64,000 nt of DNA from Blepharisma stoltei ATCC 30299 (Eukaryota; Protista; Ciliophora): contig CBFDEM010000004.1 of the NCBI GenBank assembly GCA_965603825.1, positions 1 through 64,000 on the forward strand, read 5' to 3'. Below are positions 12,939 through 24,781 of the stretch, piece after piece (the stretch's first letter is position 1; the number at the start of each line of letters is the position of its first letter). The notes beneath the pieces were generated by a model that saw only the letters and a program-made list of their open reading frames with translations, did no database searches and had not been told where the DNA came from. A program made the translations under genes and the position numbers.

Positions 12939-13352
12939 TTACTTGACAGTAGTAAAGAGCAATCGGCCATATTCCCTTAATCTCGGCAATCGAATTTTTA
13001 TTTTTACTCCTTTCCGCTTTATTTTCTCTTTTCTCGAAATTTTTCCCTTGATTATTTGAGACCTTAAGCACCCAGTAAAACTCGGACATCTTTCGATACG
13101 AGGCTTAAGATTTCGCTTTTCCAAGGTCATCGATTGATTTTGAACGTCAGCTCTCCCTCTCCTTCTAATCACTTCTCTCAATTTTTTAATTCTTGGATTT
13201 ATGCTCGGAAGTTTTGATGAGCTATCTGATTTTTGAAGGGCAGTGTCTTCTATGATCCACTTTGAGCAAGAAGACAGAAGACTCTCATCGGCTTGCTTTG
13301 ACGAGACACTTCTAGTTTTGCGTGATTTTCGCAAAGCATTATAGAAATACAT
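12939..13352 (-). CDS. Small basic hypothetical protein, 137 aa
   Basis: ATG-TAA ORF filling the intergenic gap, AT-rich flanks; no recognised domain. Confidence 0.6.
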   Translation of the reverse strand: MYFYNALRKSRKTRSVSSKQADESLLSSCSKWIIEDTALQKSDSSSKLPSINPRIKKLREVIRRRGRADVQNQSMTLEKRNLKPRIERCPSFTGCLRSQIIKGKISRKEKIKRKGVKIKIRLPRLREYGRLLFTTVK

Positions 13353-13475
13353 TATGATTAAGCTAATTCATGAATTTTGATGGATTATTTATTACCTTAA
13401 AGAAAAGCTATTTTTAATAAAATTCAGTTATTTCTTGGCCACCTTAAAGGTCCAGCCATAATATAAATTAATCAA

Positions 13476-15650
13476 ATGGAGTTGTCCTTGCTCTCTAATT
13501 TAGATCTTTTAGACCAAGCTCTACCTGCTGACCTCAGTCCTAAGAATTCTTCAACGAAGTCACACAAGCGCTCTTCTACTATTTCAGGCAATCAACAGTC
13601 AAATTTATTCGTAAAAACGCTGAATCCTCTTTCTAACAGATTTGTTAGAGATGTTTCTCCGTTGGTATATAGAGACTCTCGCATAGCGAACTCTAAGCTG
13701 AATAAACATGAAATAAACTCGATTTTTATCAACTCAGGAAGCTCAGTTCTTCGTCCACCTGAAGAAGTTCCTATTTATTTTCACTGAAAATCAGTCTTGC
13801 CAGCACTTTCCTCACAAGGACTTTCGCAGTCAGCAACTCCAGAGTCTTTTGCCCCAAAGTTGACATCAATTGAAAAGAAAAATAAAAAAAGGCCAATTGT
13901 TCCTCGATTTAAAAAGCCTGAAATTCAAACGGTTGAAAACCATAATGATACAAAAAATCAAACAAGCCGAAATATCAATGTAATGGGAGTAACAACACCG
14001 AAGCACAATCGATATAAGCATTTAAGGGCACTTTCTTTGCTAAGTGAGCTTGCAAATTCTATTGAATTTTCCAAAGAGATTACAAACAAGCCTCCTGAAG
14101 AAACAACAAGGAATTATATTTTAAAACCAGTCAGTGCAGAGAACACTCAAAATAATCTGGATAAAGTCATAGAAGAAACGCAGAGAAGGACTCTTTTAAA
14201 ACCCCGAAAAAAAGAAAAAAAGCTGATAAGCTCGACAGAAGTTTCAATAATTGATGATAAGCAGCTTAAGGAAAGCACATATTTATCCTTCCTGGAGAAC
14301 TTAAGACTAAGTAATGGAATTTCTCTTCCCCACTCCGATTTAAGGTTGGTAAAGTTTTATCTCGGCCCTGGCAATAACTCCCCGATGATTTCTTGAATAC
14401 TTAGAACTCGCCCATGAATGGCAAGAGCTGAAAGTAGAAAAGAAGCCACGCTAGTCTGAACTAGTAATATTCATATGAAAACAATAAAAAAACTACCATT
14501 TGCTGATTGAAAATATACTGTTTTTGTAAAAGATAGAAAAAATTCGAAATTAACCAGAAAAATTGAGGCAGAAAAAGAAAGGCTGGGATATTCAAAAATT
14601 TTGCAAGCAGAAAAATTTTTGCACATAGAGCCAAAAAGAAATATTACTAATAGCGATCTTAAGATACATAACCATCTAGAAGGAAATAGGCATTTGTGCA
14701 CTAAAAAGGGATTATTCAAAAACCTGAAGCGATATTATGAGTCTATTGGAGCTAATCCTTTTGAAGTAATTCCTTTAACGTTTCACATATCTAAAGGCTT
14801 GGAAGATCCTCAATTTAAACTTTTTCAAGACTATTTTAATAAGTTTGAATCAGAATCACAGTCGAAAAATACCAAAAATATATGAATTATTAAGCCAGGA
14901 GAAGGAACAAATCGAGGAAATGGTATTAAAGTGTCTTCATCCCTTGAGAACATAGAAAGGCTTTTACATTCATATTCACAGAGAGAATCAAAACACACTT
15001 ATATTATCCAAAAATATATAGAAAATCCATTACTCGTTTATAAGCGAAAATTTGATATAAGATGCTTTGGAATGATTACGTGCATCAATGGATGTATCCA
15101 AGGCTACTTCTATGAAGATGGCTATATAAGAACCTCTTGCAAAGAATACTCTGTTAAAAAATTAAGCAACCGTTATATCCATCTCACCAATGATGCAGTC
15201 CAAAAAAAATCCGACGACTATGGAAAGTTCGAGCCGGGAAATAAGCTTTCTTATGTAGAATTTCAAGAGTATTTAAATGAAATTAATTCTGGCATTAATT
15301 TCGATGAGAAAATCCTTAAAAAAATAAGAAACACCATAACTGATACTTTTAAGTCAGTTTATAAGAAAATCGACCCCAAAAGGAGACTCCACACTTTTGA
15401 GCTGTTTGGATATGATTTTATGATTGACGAAGAATATAATGTATGGCTGATAGAAGCCAACACAAATCCCTGCCTGGAGCTTAGCTGTGCCTATCTCTCG
15501 TCGCTAATTCCAGGACTTATAGACAACGTCTTCAGAATAACGGTGGATCCACTTTTCCCAGTCGATCCAAAAAAGCATCCCAACTGAATCGCAGATTCCA
15601 AGATCCACAATAAATTTGAGCTGGTTTTCAGCGAATACAGCGAGAACTAA
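13476..15650 (+). CDS. Tubulin-tyrosine-ligase-like (TTLL) tubulin glycylase/glutamylase, 724 aa
   Basis: One frame with 7 TGA=Trp. NHLEGNRHLCTKKGL, WIIKPGEGTNRGNGI, IIQKYIENPLL..RKFDIR, HLTNDAVQK, FELFGYDFMID, WLIEANTNP. Confidence 0.92.
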
Positions 15651-15725
15651 AAAAGTCTGAAATAATACATTTTTGAATTATTTAAGTGCTTAAGAAATAG
15701 GAGCATTTTTAAATAAGTAATAAAT

Positions 15726-16025
15726 ATGAGCTTCCAGACCACAGACTCGAAGAAGGAAGAGTTCAGAAAATACCTAGAAAAGAGCGGCGTCATTGACCAG
15801 CTGACTAGAGTCCTTGTAGGACTTTATGAAGAGCCAGAAAAGCCTTCCAATGCAATTGAGTAACATTTATTTAGCTTTATAAAGCGTTATCTTGGAACAC
15901 CTTCAGATATTGACACTGAAACTTTGAGGGCTGAGTACGAGGCATTGAAGGAAAGAAATGCACAACTTGAAAGAGAAGTGGAAGAGCTCAGGCAAGAGTT
16001 AGAAAACTTAAGACCTACTGAATAA
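15726..16025 (+). CDS. MYCBP: c-Myc-binding protein (MYCBP/AMY-1) homolog, 94 aa, 15-nt intron 15860-15874; absent from ORF track
   Basis: MSFQTTDSKKEEFRKYLEKSGVIDQLTRVLVGLYEEPEKPSNAID/FIKRYLG followed by a coiled coil; intron GTAACATTTATTTAG. Confidence 0.9.
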
Positions 16026-16262
16026 AAATTTCATCAAATTTGTCTATAAGGATTATATGGAAATACTGAAATTTGTTGTTTTTAGGACTTTTAGCTTATT
16101 TGAGTTTTTAAACTCAAAGAGTGAAATTTAATTTCTTTCAATTTGAGAATGCTAATTCAAATATAATTTTCCCTATATATTTTTAAGTCTATACTTGATG
16201 AAAGTATTTCCTATTCAATAATTCTTATTTCTCGTATCTAAATAATAATATATGAAATAAAT

Positions 16263-18077
16263 ATGCTAAACAACCTTCGCCAGAAGTTTCTAAGAAATAT
16301 AGCTGTAATCGCTCACGTCGACCATGGTAAAACAACGCTTGTGGACTCTATCCTTCAACAATGCGGCAAAAAGGTTTCGATGGACAATCTGGCGTTAGAA
16401 AAAGAAAGAGGAATCACTATTTTATCAAAAGTTACTGGCATTACCTACCGTGATCATCTAATAAACTTTGTAGACACTCCAGGACATGCTGATTTTGGAG
16501 GCCAAGTAGAGCGTGTAATGAGCATAGTGGATGGCGTACTCTTAGTCGTTTGCGCAACTGAAGGGCCGATGCCTCAAACTCGCTATGTTCTCAGCAAAGC
16601 AATCCATGCTGGGCTAAAGCCGATAGTTGTCATGAACAAGCTTGACCGTACCACATCACGTCCAGGTGAGGTTGAAAGCAAGATTTTTGATTTATTTTGC
16701 ACACTAAATGTCAATGAAAGCCAATTGAGCTATCCTTTACTTTACGCGTCTGGAAGGGCTGGCTGGGCCGATCTTACCCTAAATGGTCCTAGGAAAAACT
16801 GTTTTCCTTTGCTAGACACAGTTATAAGCGAAATTCCACCCCCTAAAGAAAATGAAGAAGGGCCTTTTAAAATGCTCGTGTCTATGACAGAAACGAACCC
16901 ATTTTTTGGGACTTTTATGATAGGAAAAGTTAATCAAGGAGATGTGCTAATAGGTGACGATATCCATGCAATTGGCCCAAATGGAGTAAAAGAGATTGGA
17001 AAAGTCTCAAAAATCCAGAAAATCATAGGAATGGACCGAATTGACATAGAAAAAGGAATAGCAGGGGACATCATTTCAGTTGCTGGTGTAAAAGGCTCTG
17101 TAAACGACACAATTTCGCATACTTCAATCACAGAAAAGCTTGATTTTATCCCTATAGACAGCCCTACAGTGACTTTAAGGATCAGGCAGAACGATTCCCC
17201 TTTCAGTGGCGCAGAAGCTTCTAAATACACTTTGGCTGCTTTAAAAAAGCGTTTAGTTGAAGAAGCGGAAAACGACTTAGCCCTGGTCGTAAAAGATGGC
17301 AAAAACTGCATTGAAGTTTCAGGCCGTGGCGAGCTCCATTTAGGCATCCTAATCGAGCAGCTTCGCAGAGAAGACTATGAAATGTGTGTGGATCCACCTA
17401 TTATCGTCACCAAAGAAGATGAAAGCGGGAACATCCTTGAGCCTATCGAAGAAGTCAAAATTGAATGCCCAACAGAATACGCCAACCCTCTCACTGAAGC
17501 CTTTTTATCAAGATTAGCTAACTTTATCGACCAAGAAGAGTTCTCAACCACACATACAAGGCTGATTTTTACTATTCCTACGCGCGCCATGATGGGATTT
17601 AAGCCAACACTTTTAAATTTGACAAAGGGAAATATCACGATAGAATCTCATGTGGCATCATATGGACCATATAAAGGAGCCTTACAGAGAAGATCAGAAG
17701 GTGTAGTGGTCGCTACACATATAGCAACGTGCACAGAGTTCGGAGTCAACCATTTAGAAGAAAAAGGCACAAGCTTCGTACACCCTGGGGTGAGAGTTTA
17801 TGAAGGAATGATCATTGGGGAAACTGTAATTGATGAAGAACTTTTAATTAACCCTGGGAAGGAAAAAAGGTTCACAAATGTGAGGGCTGCTATGAGGGAC
17901 GATAATATAAAGCTGACACCGCCCAGGGAGTTTACAGTAGAAGAGGCTTTTGCGTATATTAACGAGGACGAGCTTGTGGAAATCACTCCGAAGTCAATTA
18001 GGATGAGAAAGAAGATCTTGAATTCAGATGCAAGGCTGAGAGAGAAAAAAGATAAAAAATTGCAGGAAAATAAATAG
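16263..18077 (+). CDS. typA: TypA/BipA translational GTPase, probably mitochondrial, 604 aa
   Basis: [68 protein letters not shown] (BipA C-terminal domain). Confidence 0.93.
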   Translation: MLNNLRQKFLRNIAVIAHVDHGKTTLVDSILQQCGKKVSMDNLALEKERGITILSKVTGITYRDHLINFVDTPGHADFGGQVERVMSIVDGVLLVVCATEGPMPQTRYVLSKAIHAGLKPIVVMNKLDRTTSRPGEVESKIFDLFCTLNVNESQLSYPLLYASGRAGWADLTLNGPRKNCFPLLDTVISEIPPPKENEEGPFKMLVSMTETNPFFGTFMIGKVNQGDVLIGDDIHAIGPNGVKEIGKVSKIQKIIGMDRIDIEKGIAGDIISVAGVKGSVNDTISHTSITEKLDFIPIDSPTVTLRIRQNDSPFSGAEASKYTLAALKKRLVEEAENDLALVVKDGKNCIEVSGRGELHLGILIEQLRREDYEMCVDPPIIVTKEDESGNILEPIEEVKIECPTEYANPLTEAFLSRLANFIDQEEFSTTHTRLIFTIPTRAMMGFKPTLLNLTKGNITIESHVASYGPYKGALQRRSEGVVVATHIATCTEFGVNHLEEKGTSFVHPGVRVYEGMIIGETVIDEELLINPGKEKRFTNVRAAMRDDNIKLTPPREFTVEEAFAYINEDELVEITPKSIRMRKKILNSDARLREKKDKKLQENK

Positions 18078-18108
18078 ATAAAGCGAGTTAGTCCTATTAG
18101 TAAATGAG

Positions 18109-20613
18109 TTAATAAAGCTGATAATTATAAAATTCTAATGAGTCATGCGCCATAAGCCAGTTTCCTTGCGACATCATATAAATATCTTCGATTTCTCCTT
18201 CATCAAAATGTTGGAAAGTCCATTTTGTCAATCTATAATGGTGCACAGCCTTCCTAAAATCATTCAATGCTAAATAGTCCACCTTCACTTCGAAACTTGG
18301 GTCGATGTTTAAGGTTTTCGAAGTGCAAATATTCTTTTCTCTAGGACGGGTAAACTCTGTAGTCCCAACTACTTTAATCCCATTTTTAATCCTGTGGCCA
18401 TCAAACCTCATAAAGGCTCTTGCTAAAGAAATATCATGCGAAGGAATGGAGCTTTTCATTTTCTTGTAGTTTACGTATTTGACACTAGGGAACTCAGTCG
18501 GCCTGAAGAAATCGTTATAGCTATCAACAACCACGAGTACATTATGGTCATCAGTATGATAAAGCTGCTCCAAAATTTCACAAACCACATTGGTGCAATA
18601 AATTGGATTATTCAAGGCAAATTCGATAAGCTGGAAAACATTATCTGGGTTAGGGATTTTTTCTGAGATGCGAGTGGCTACTGGCTGAAGCTCCTCAATG
18701 TATTTTTCTTCGATTTCTTCATCAGATGATTGCTCTTTATTGTAATCGATTTTTTTCTTGGCTTCTTTGATATTCAGATTTTGTGAGTACACTGGCTTTG
18801 GATTATATGTAAACTGATTGTTATCTGCTGGGGCTTTTGGCAGCATTCTTTTCTTGGGCTTTCTCTTTGGACAATTGATAGGCAAAATCGTGTCGAGTGA
18901 GATGTTATCATGGTAGTTCGGATTGTTCCATCTCTGTATCCACGAATCAGGGAACTTCCTTTTTCCAAAATAATTAATTTCGTATTCAATCATCGTGGTC
19001 CTTTTCTCCATCCTAATTTCTCTAACTCCTTCCATCCAGTAGTCAATGGTTTCTTGTGGGTATTCTTTTTTCCAATCATCAGTGTAGCATTGAAGATCTC
19101 TAATAAACTCATGGTAAGGCGTTGTCGGCCTATAATTGGCGTCATATTCGTCATGGAGCCCAGCAATGTTATATTTCCCATATAATTCTTTCTTAATTTT
19201 CAGCGTTTGGAGTTTCTCTTTATTGGTGTTCATGATGTCAAGCATATAGTCATAAGCAACTTCTGGGAGGATATAGAGTCCTGAGGCATCCCATTTTATC
19301 CTTGTACGGTTGCGTGTCAAGTCTCCTCTAGGCACTTTTACCACAATCCAGTTGGGATCATTAGCAGCCCAATATGCAGCGCCTGCAAGGACTTGGGATT
19401 TTCCGTTGCCTTTCATTCCAGTTAGCAAGGACCCAATAGAAAGTCTCTGAGGCTCGATTATTACATCTAATATTTCTTTTGGCATTTGTGGTCTCTTGTT
19501 TTTGTCAGCGTAGTCTTCTAAACTTAGGGAAAATTTGCGACCATTGTGCTCAAAATCTAAGGTTTTCGATACATGGCGGAAATAATCAGCGAAAAACAAT
19601 TGGTGAAGGCTGTCCTCGTCTGTGATTTTTGCGGAGACATCTTCGAGAATCCCATTTAAGAGCTCTTTGATTTTTGAGTTCGCGAAGCTTGTATCAATTG
19701 AATCGAAAGGATTTTCAGTTAATAATTGTGCATTTTCAAAGACACTGTCATGGATTTCTTGATTTCTCAGCTCATGCATCACTATGAAATTTAGCTGGTG
19801 GAAGAATTCTGGACTATGTTTCATTACGTTCCTAACTTTTGTGTTTTTTGTCTCATCAATAACTTCATTTAAATAATATCCCACTTTCCTAAAAATCTTT
19901 AAATACGTATTCAAGTCATTCTGCATCAGCCAGTTATACTGCTGGCAATGGTTGAGCCCATTTAACCCTTCATAACTTTGCGGCTCTGCAAATATCTTGC
20001 AAGGATTGACATTCTGCGATGCCTTCATCAGTTGGATTATGTGGTAGGTTTCTTCCCTCATCTGTATATCAAATGATGCGCTCCTTGCATAGGTATCCCT
20101 GAAAAAGTTCCCAAAATATCCTGAAGTGAAGTACTTTATGGCTTGCTCTTTGTTTATTTGGAAAAATTTTCCTATTTGGTCAACTGTGATGTTAGACAAA
20201 TCCTTGATAAATAAGTCAGGGTCAATGGGAGGGGCAGCTCTATCAGGCTCAGGGACTTTGGGGACTTTCTGGGGATGGTGGATTTCGGACTGTGTGATAA
20301 GGCTTCTCATTTTATAAGCGTCCTCCACTTCTTGGATTTCTTCAGGTGATAGATGTGCCTTCATGGCTTCAATGATTTCTTTTTCCATTTTCCCTTCAAC
20401 TGCTGGGACTGTTTTCACGAGGTTTACGAATTCTTGCAGAGGACGTGGGATCACAATTTGTGCACGGGTTCTTTGCCGCTCTCGCATAGTCATATGTAGG
20501 AGAGTATGGCGCTTGCCAAGCGTCCTGTGAGGAAGCCTTTCAAGCGCCCTAGCATTGTCGAGGACTGCGTTGATGGGGTGAGCATCTTTGAGAAGGCGGA
20601 GAGTTCTTCTCAT
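18109..20613 (-). CDS. DAP3: Mitochondrial ribosomal protein mS29/DAP3-like, ~834 aa
   Basis: LLTGMKGNGKSQVL..A..WA...WIVVKVP P-loop region, VLVVVDSYN Walker B, C-terminal SQGN. Presequence-like MRRTLRLL suggests ATG 20613 (20646 is also possible). Confidence 0.8.
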   Translation of the reverse strand: MRRTLRLLKDAHPINAVLDNARALERLPHRTLGKRHTLLHMTMRERQRTRAQIVIPRPLQEFVNLVKTVPAVEGKMEKEIIEAMKAHLSPEEIQEVEDAYKMRSLITQSEIHHPQKVPKVPEPDRAAPPIDPDLFIKDLSNITVDQIGKFFQINKEQAIKYFTSGYFGNFFRDTYARSASFDIQMREETYHIIQLMKASQNVNPCKIFAEPQSYEGLNGLNHCQQYNWLMQNDLNTYLKIFRKVGYYLNEVIDETKNTKVRNVMKHSPEFFHQLNFIVMHELRNQEIHDSVFENAQLLTENPFDSIDTSFANSKIKELLNGILEDVSAKITDEDSLHQLFFADYFRHVSKTLDFEHNGRKFSLSLEDYADKNKRPQMPKEILDVIIEPQRLSIGSLLTGMKGNGKSQVLAGAAYWAANDPNWIVVKVPRGDLTRNRTRIKWDASGLYILPEVAYDYMLDIMNTNKEKLQTLKIKKELYGKYNIAGLHDEYDANYRPTTPYHEFIRDLQCYTDDWKKEYPQETIDYWMEGVREIRMEKRTTMIEYEINYFGKRKFPDSWIQRWNNPNYHDNISLDTILPINCPKRKPKKRMLPKAPADNNQFTYNPKPVYSQNLNIKEAKKKIDYNKEQSSDEEIEEKYIEELQPVATRISEKIPNPDNVFQLIEFALNNPIYCTNVVCEILEQLYHTDDHNVLVVVDSYNDFFRPTEFPSVKYVNYKKMKSSIPSHDISLARAFMRFDGHRIKNGIKVVGTTEFTRPREKNICTSKTLNIDPSFEVKVDYLALNDFRKAVHHYRLTKWTFQHFDEGEIEDIYMMSQGNWLMAHDSLEFYNYQLY

Positions 20614-20969
20614 ATTTATTGGAATTAAGAAATTAGAAGATTTCATTAAATTTATTCGAAAACCAATAAGAAATATTCTATGACGAAATTGTAAGTTTCT
20701 AAAATCTTTTTATGAAATCTCCCAGATTGAGGTTAAGAGAAGTGGTGTTATTGCTATTACTATAGCTAAACTGACTAAGATCTAAGTTTCATTCCAATTT
20801 TGTGGGGCTTATACTTAGAAAATTTTATCTTGAAATTTCTTAAAAAATTATAATCGTTGGATACTATAAATGATTTACATCAAATCAGTTCTCCGAAAAT
20901 TTTTATTACTCAGGATTTTGTTTTATTACTGGAGTTTTTCTGGCTACCTATATCTAGCTGTGCCAGAAA

Positions 20970-21210
20970 GGCTCTAGCTTGGGGTGGAAGTTTTTAGCCC
21001 TTGAGTTTAAGAGGCATAAAGCTTTGCTTTTTGGCTTTTCTCAAGAGGGAAAGTCTTCAAAAAACGAAACGTTTAGAAACCAAGTGCAGAGTGAGAAATT
21101 CGTCCAGTTAGATTTGACGTTGAGAAAACTTTATCATTGCTTAAGAGTGCTCTGCTGGCACTTGCCACGGGTTCAGAGCTAAAGGGGGTTATTCAATCTT
21201 TGGGAATCAG
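20970..21210 (+). ncRNA. Candidate structured RNA with RNase P/MRP-like layout (tentative)
   Basis: P3-like hairpin with internal loop (21000-21045) directly before GGAAAGTC (21048-21055, CR-I-like), hairpin 21149-21179, then GCTAAAGGGGGTTTA (21178-21192, CR-V-like). The implied P4 helix is weak and mostly G-U. Confidence 0.3.
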
Positions 21211-21533
21211 GCATCGCATTAAGCACTATTTAAGTATAAGGAAGCTTTAAAATTATCATTTTCTAAATTATTCTTCGAATTGGGATGCGATATGATACAA
21301 CAATCGGGCTTTCAGATTTTTCTATTTTTGTTTTTAAAAATAAGTATTTAACTTTTTTAAATGAACTATTCTCAGTCTTCTAAATTCTGCTATTTATATA
21401 TCATTAGTTTTTCTTTCCAGTGTTTATGCTCAACTTTTCCCTTTCCATAGCTTAAGTTTGGTATTTATTAATATAAAAGGCTAGGTGGTGAAAATATGGA
21501 TTTATCAAATATTTGCTAATTAGAAAATAAAAT

Positions 21534-22754
21534 ATGCCAGAAATGATTAGTTTTCTGCTTTATCTCAGTTTTATTCTCTTGTATGCTTATGGGATGCAGA
21601 TCTCAAGTTCAAATTTGTTACCATATTCTTCTTCCAACCCCTTTTCGGATCCCGCAGACGAGCTCTCTGTGCAGATGTGCAAGAAGTATACTTGCAAACT
21701 CCCTACGCAAGAATTTGTTAGTTCTACCTGTGGATACTATGGTGGAACTGAACCTACAGTTTATGCTCAGCCTTGTCCTAATTCTTCTACTTACTGCAAA
21801 TTAAATACAACCTCCTTAAATTACACTTGCCAACCGTTCATTCCAACTTATTATTCCTTTCCAGGTGACAAATGTAGTCCTGACAAAGAATGCTACGAAG
21901 GATATTCGCAGTCTTGCACTGATGGCATTTGTGTCGGCCTTAAAAAAGGAAAACCCTGCACATCAAGCTACCAATGTGACCCAAACAGCTCCTGCAGAAA
22001 TATTGATGGAACTTTACAATGTGCGCCTTTATTAGAAATCGGCCAAACTGGCTGTTATAAAGAGTTTGACTGTGTCTATAACGCAGGCTGCAATGTTACA
22101 TCGACTACCGATTTGTCGAAAAATACATGCATACCTTACGGCTCTATTCCTCCTGGCACTGAAATTTCGATAGAAACCTGCTCTTGGTCAGAAAACCTCT
22201 GCAGCTCACACATTTGTGTGCAGAAAACTGCTGGTGATGAGACTGCGATCTGCAGTGGAAATATTGAATCAAGCAGCCAAATGCCAGCTTCATGCATATT
22301 ACCCGCAGGAACTACTCTTCAATGCCAATCAAAACTCGATAATTATACAGACACAATATCTCTGTCAAACTGCTTGTGTGGGTATAATAGTGGCGGTAAT
22401 TCATATTGCGAGCTATTCCCCGGTGATGTTCCAATGCAAGCTTATTATAGAGAGCTTAAAAAATGGCAGGAAAGCAGCGCTATCAAGAATTGCAATACTT
22501 ATTGGAGATATCCAATTGATAACGGCGAAAATTTGCTATGCATAAAAAATAATTATGATAAAGCCAGATATGAAAGCTTGTATTACTGGTATTTGTACAG
22601 TAGTCTTTACCCACAAATATATGGGGCCGAAGATTGTGTACTAAAAACATTTTTCCCTGATTATTTTCAGGCTGGAGAAAATGGAGGAGATGGGAAGGAT
22701 AGCAGTGCGAGAGGGATAGCTTTGGTCTCACTTTTACTGATTCTTAATCATTAA
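21534..22754 (+). CDS. Cys-rich secreted/GPI-anchored surface protein, paralog 1, 406 aa
   Basis: Signal peptide, ~30 periodically spaced Cys, CxCGYN..G..YC motif, small-residue spacer plus hydrophobic C-terminal tail. Confidence 0.85.
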   Translation: MPEMISFLLYLSFILLYAYGMQISSSNLLPYSSSNPFSDPADELSVQMCKKYTCKLPTQEFVSSTCGYYGGTEPTVYAQPCPNSSTYCKLNTTSLNYTCQPFIPTYYSFPGDKCSPDKECYEGYSQSCTDGICVGLKKGKPCTSSYQCDPNSSCRNIDGTLQCAPLLEIGQTGCYKEFDCVYNAGCNVTSTTDLSKNTCIPYGSIPPGTEISIETCSWSENLCSSHICVQKTAGDETAICSGNIESSSQMPASCILPAGTTLQCQSKLDNYTDTISLSNCLCGYNSGGNSYCELFPGDVPMQAYYRELKKWQESSAIKNCNTYWRYPIDNGENLLCIKNNYDKARYESLYYWYLYSSLYPQIYGAEDCVLKTFFPDYFQAGENGGDGKDSSARGIALVSLLLILNH

Positions 22755-23386
22755 AATTAAATAAAATTAAACTGAGCCAATTAATCGTAATATAAGCAGC
22801 ATGAAAGCTCAAAAAGCATTATAGTTAAGCGTAAGTGTTTTTATTTATGTAGAGAATTAGCATGCATATAAGGCTTCTATGGAACATGTATGATAATTAG
22901 ATAGAAAGATTTCTTAATTTTCTTTCATATATAAATAGGAAAAAAATTATTTTAAATGCAAATATATTTTACACTATTTGCTATTTATTTTAGGAATATC
23001 TGTAGCATATTTTATAATTGTTTTCTATATAAGCTATATAAAGAGACAGAATTAAAATTCTCAGATAGAGTAAATATATAATTTATATTAAAAGTTAAAT
23101 ATTAATAAGGAAAAGACGTAAACTTACTAATTACTCATTTCTCATAAGCGTGCTGCATTTAAAACTTAGGAAATTATTCAGCCATTGCAAGCAAATATAG
23201 TTTGCTGCCTTGGCCTAAAAAATTTATGACTAAAAATTATTAATAGATTACCCTGGTGAAAAAATAGCTTTCTTAGATATACACATTTACATAGATAATT
23301 CATGCTGTGCAGTATAAAAATACTAATTAAGAGGTAAGAATGTGCTCCAAATAATGCATATTTATGTCATATCCATAAATACATAA

Positions 23387-24589
23387 ATGCCAGAAAACGT
23401 TAGATGTCTGCTTTTTCTCAGCTTTATTCTATTGTTTGTTTATGGAATCCCTTCCCCAAACTCAATTTTGCATCCATATTCTCCTTTGGGCTCTTTTTCA
23501 GATCCCATTAAAGATCTCTCTGCACCAGTATGCAATAAATACAAGTGTCAGGAATCCTCCCAAGATTATAATAGCTGTTCATATTTCGAACAGGACGAGT
23601 CTACATTCTACGTCAAACCTTGCTCTGACCCATCTTATTCTTGCAGCGTGCTCATAGATAAATTAAACTATACCTGCCAATTAAAGACCCCAACCCCAAC
23701 TTCCTTTCCTGGAGACAAGTGTAGTTCTATAGACGACTGTTATGGAGGATATTCTCAATCATGCACTAATGGTATTTGCATAGGCCGAAAAATAGGAGAT
23801 GCCTGCACATCAAGTTATCAATGCAGCCCTAACAGCACATGCAGAGAAATTAATGGAAACCTTCAATGTGCACCTCTTTTAGAAATCGGAGAGACAGGCT
23901 GCTCTCAGGAATTTGATTGTGTTTATAATGCTGGCTGCAATTTTACGTCCTCTTCTAACGTTTGTGTGGCATATGGTTCTTTATCTCCGGGAACTGAAAT
24001 TTTAGTAAAAACTTGCAACTTATCGGAAAATTTATGCAGCTCCCACACTTGCTTGCAGAGGGCTGCTGGTGATGAGACTGCAGTTTGCACTGGAGAAGTC
24101 AGCTCAAACGCTCAAATCCCGATTGCTTGCAACTCTCCACAGACATATACTAATCAATGCATTTCTAAACTAGACAATTATACCAATTGGGAGACTTCAT
24201 CGGTGTGCTCTTGTGGGTATAATAGTGATGGAAATGCATACTGTGACTTATTGCCAGGCGATGCTCCTATGCAAGCCTATTACAGAGAGCTTAAAAAGTG
24301 GCAAGAAAGCAGCGCAATCAAAAATTGTAACACGATTTGGAGATATCCGATGTATAATGGACTTAATTTGCAGTGCGCCGAAAACAATTATGAGAAATCA
24401 AGCTATGAAAGCTTCTTTTACTGGTTTTTGTATACTACTCTTTATGTCGAAGTATATGAAGCTGAAGATTGCGTCTTGAAAACATTTTATCCTGTTTATT
24501 ATAGTATGAAGAATTCAAATGGAGGAGATAATGATGATAGCGCTAGGGAAATAGCCTTAGCTTCGCTATTGCTTCTCTTCAGTAATTAA
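23387..24589 (+). CDS. Cys-rich secreted/GPI-anchored surface protein, paralog 2, 400 aa
   Basis: Colinear with paralog 1, same Cys scaffold, identical block PMQAYYRELKKWQESSAIKNCNT. Confidence 0.85.
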   Translation: MPENVRCLLFLSFILLFVYGIPSPNSILHPYSPLGSFSDPIKDLSAPVCNKYKCQESSQDYNSCSYFEQDESTFYVKPCSDPSYSCSVLIDKLNYTCQLKTPTPTSFPGDKCSSIDDCYGGYSQSCTNGICIGRKIGDACTSSYQCSPNSTCREINGNLQCAPLLEIGETGCSQEFDCVYNAGCNFTSSSNVCVAYGSLSPGTEILVKTCNLSENLCSSHTCLQRAAGDETAVCTGEVSSNAQIPIACNSPQTYTNQCISKLDNYTNWETSSVCSCGYNSDGNAYCDLLPGDAPMQAYYRELKKWQESSAIKNCNTIWRYPMYNGLNLQCAENNYEKSSYESFFYWFLYTTLYVEVYEAEDCVLKTFYPVYYSMKNSNGGDNDDSAREIALASLLLLFSN

Positions 24590-24781
24590 ATCTCAAATAA
24601 CTGATGAATTCATACATGGTAGGTTTCTTGGAAATGGGCTTTTTATAGGCTAAGTTGATAATTTTTATTTTTTCCACATAAATTAACAGCCTCTGTTCAT
24701 GCTTAAGCAAAGAAGCATATTATAAGAGCATTGTATTTTATGGTGAAACGATAAATTAAATAAAATTAATTGTCTATGTAA

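Noticed and set aside
16934-20317. Antisense and alternative-frame ORFs inside typA and DAP3 (similar ones at 3454, 5340, 7182, 9719, 14471, 21583, 46513 and others)
   Set aside because: Shadows of real coding sequence with no motifs.
20979-21182. 67-aa ORF in the GC-enriched intergenic island
   Set aside because: TTG start and no motifs; considered instead as a possible structured RNA.
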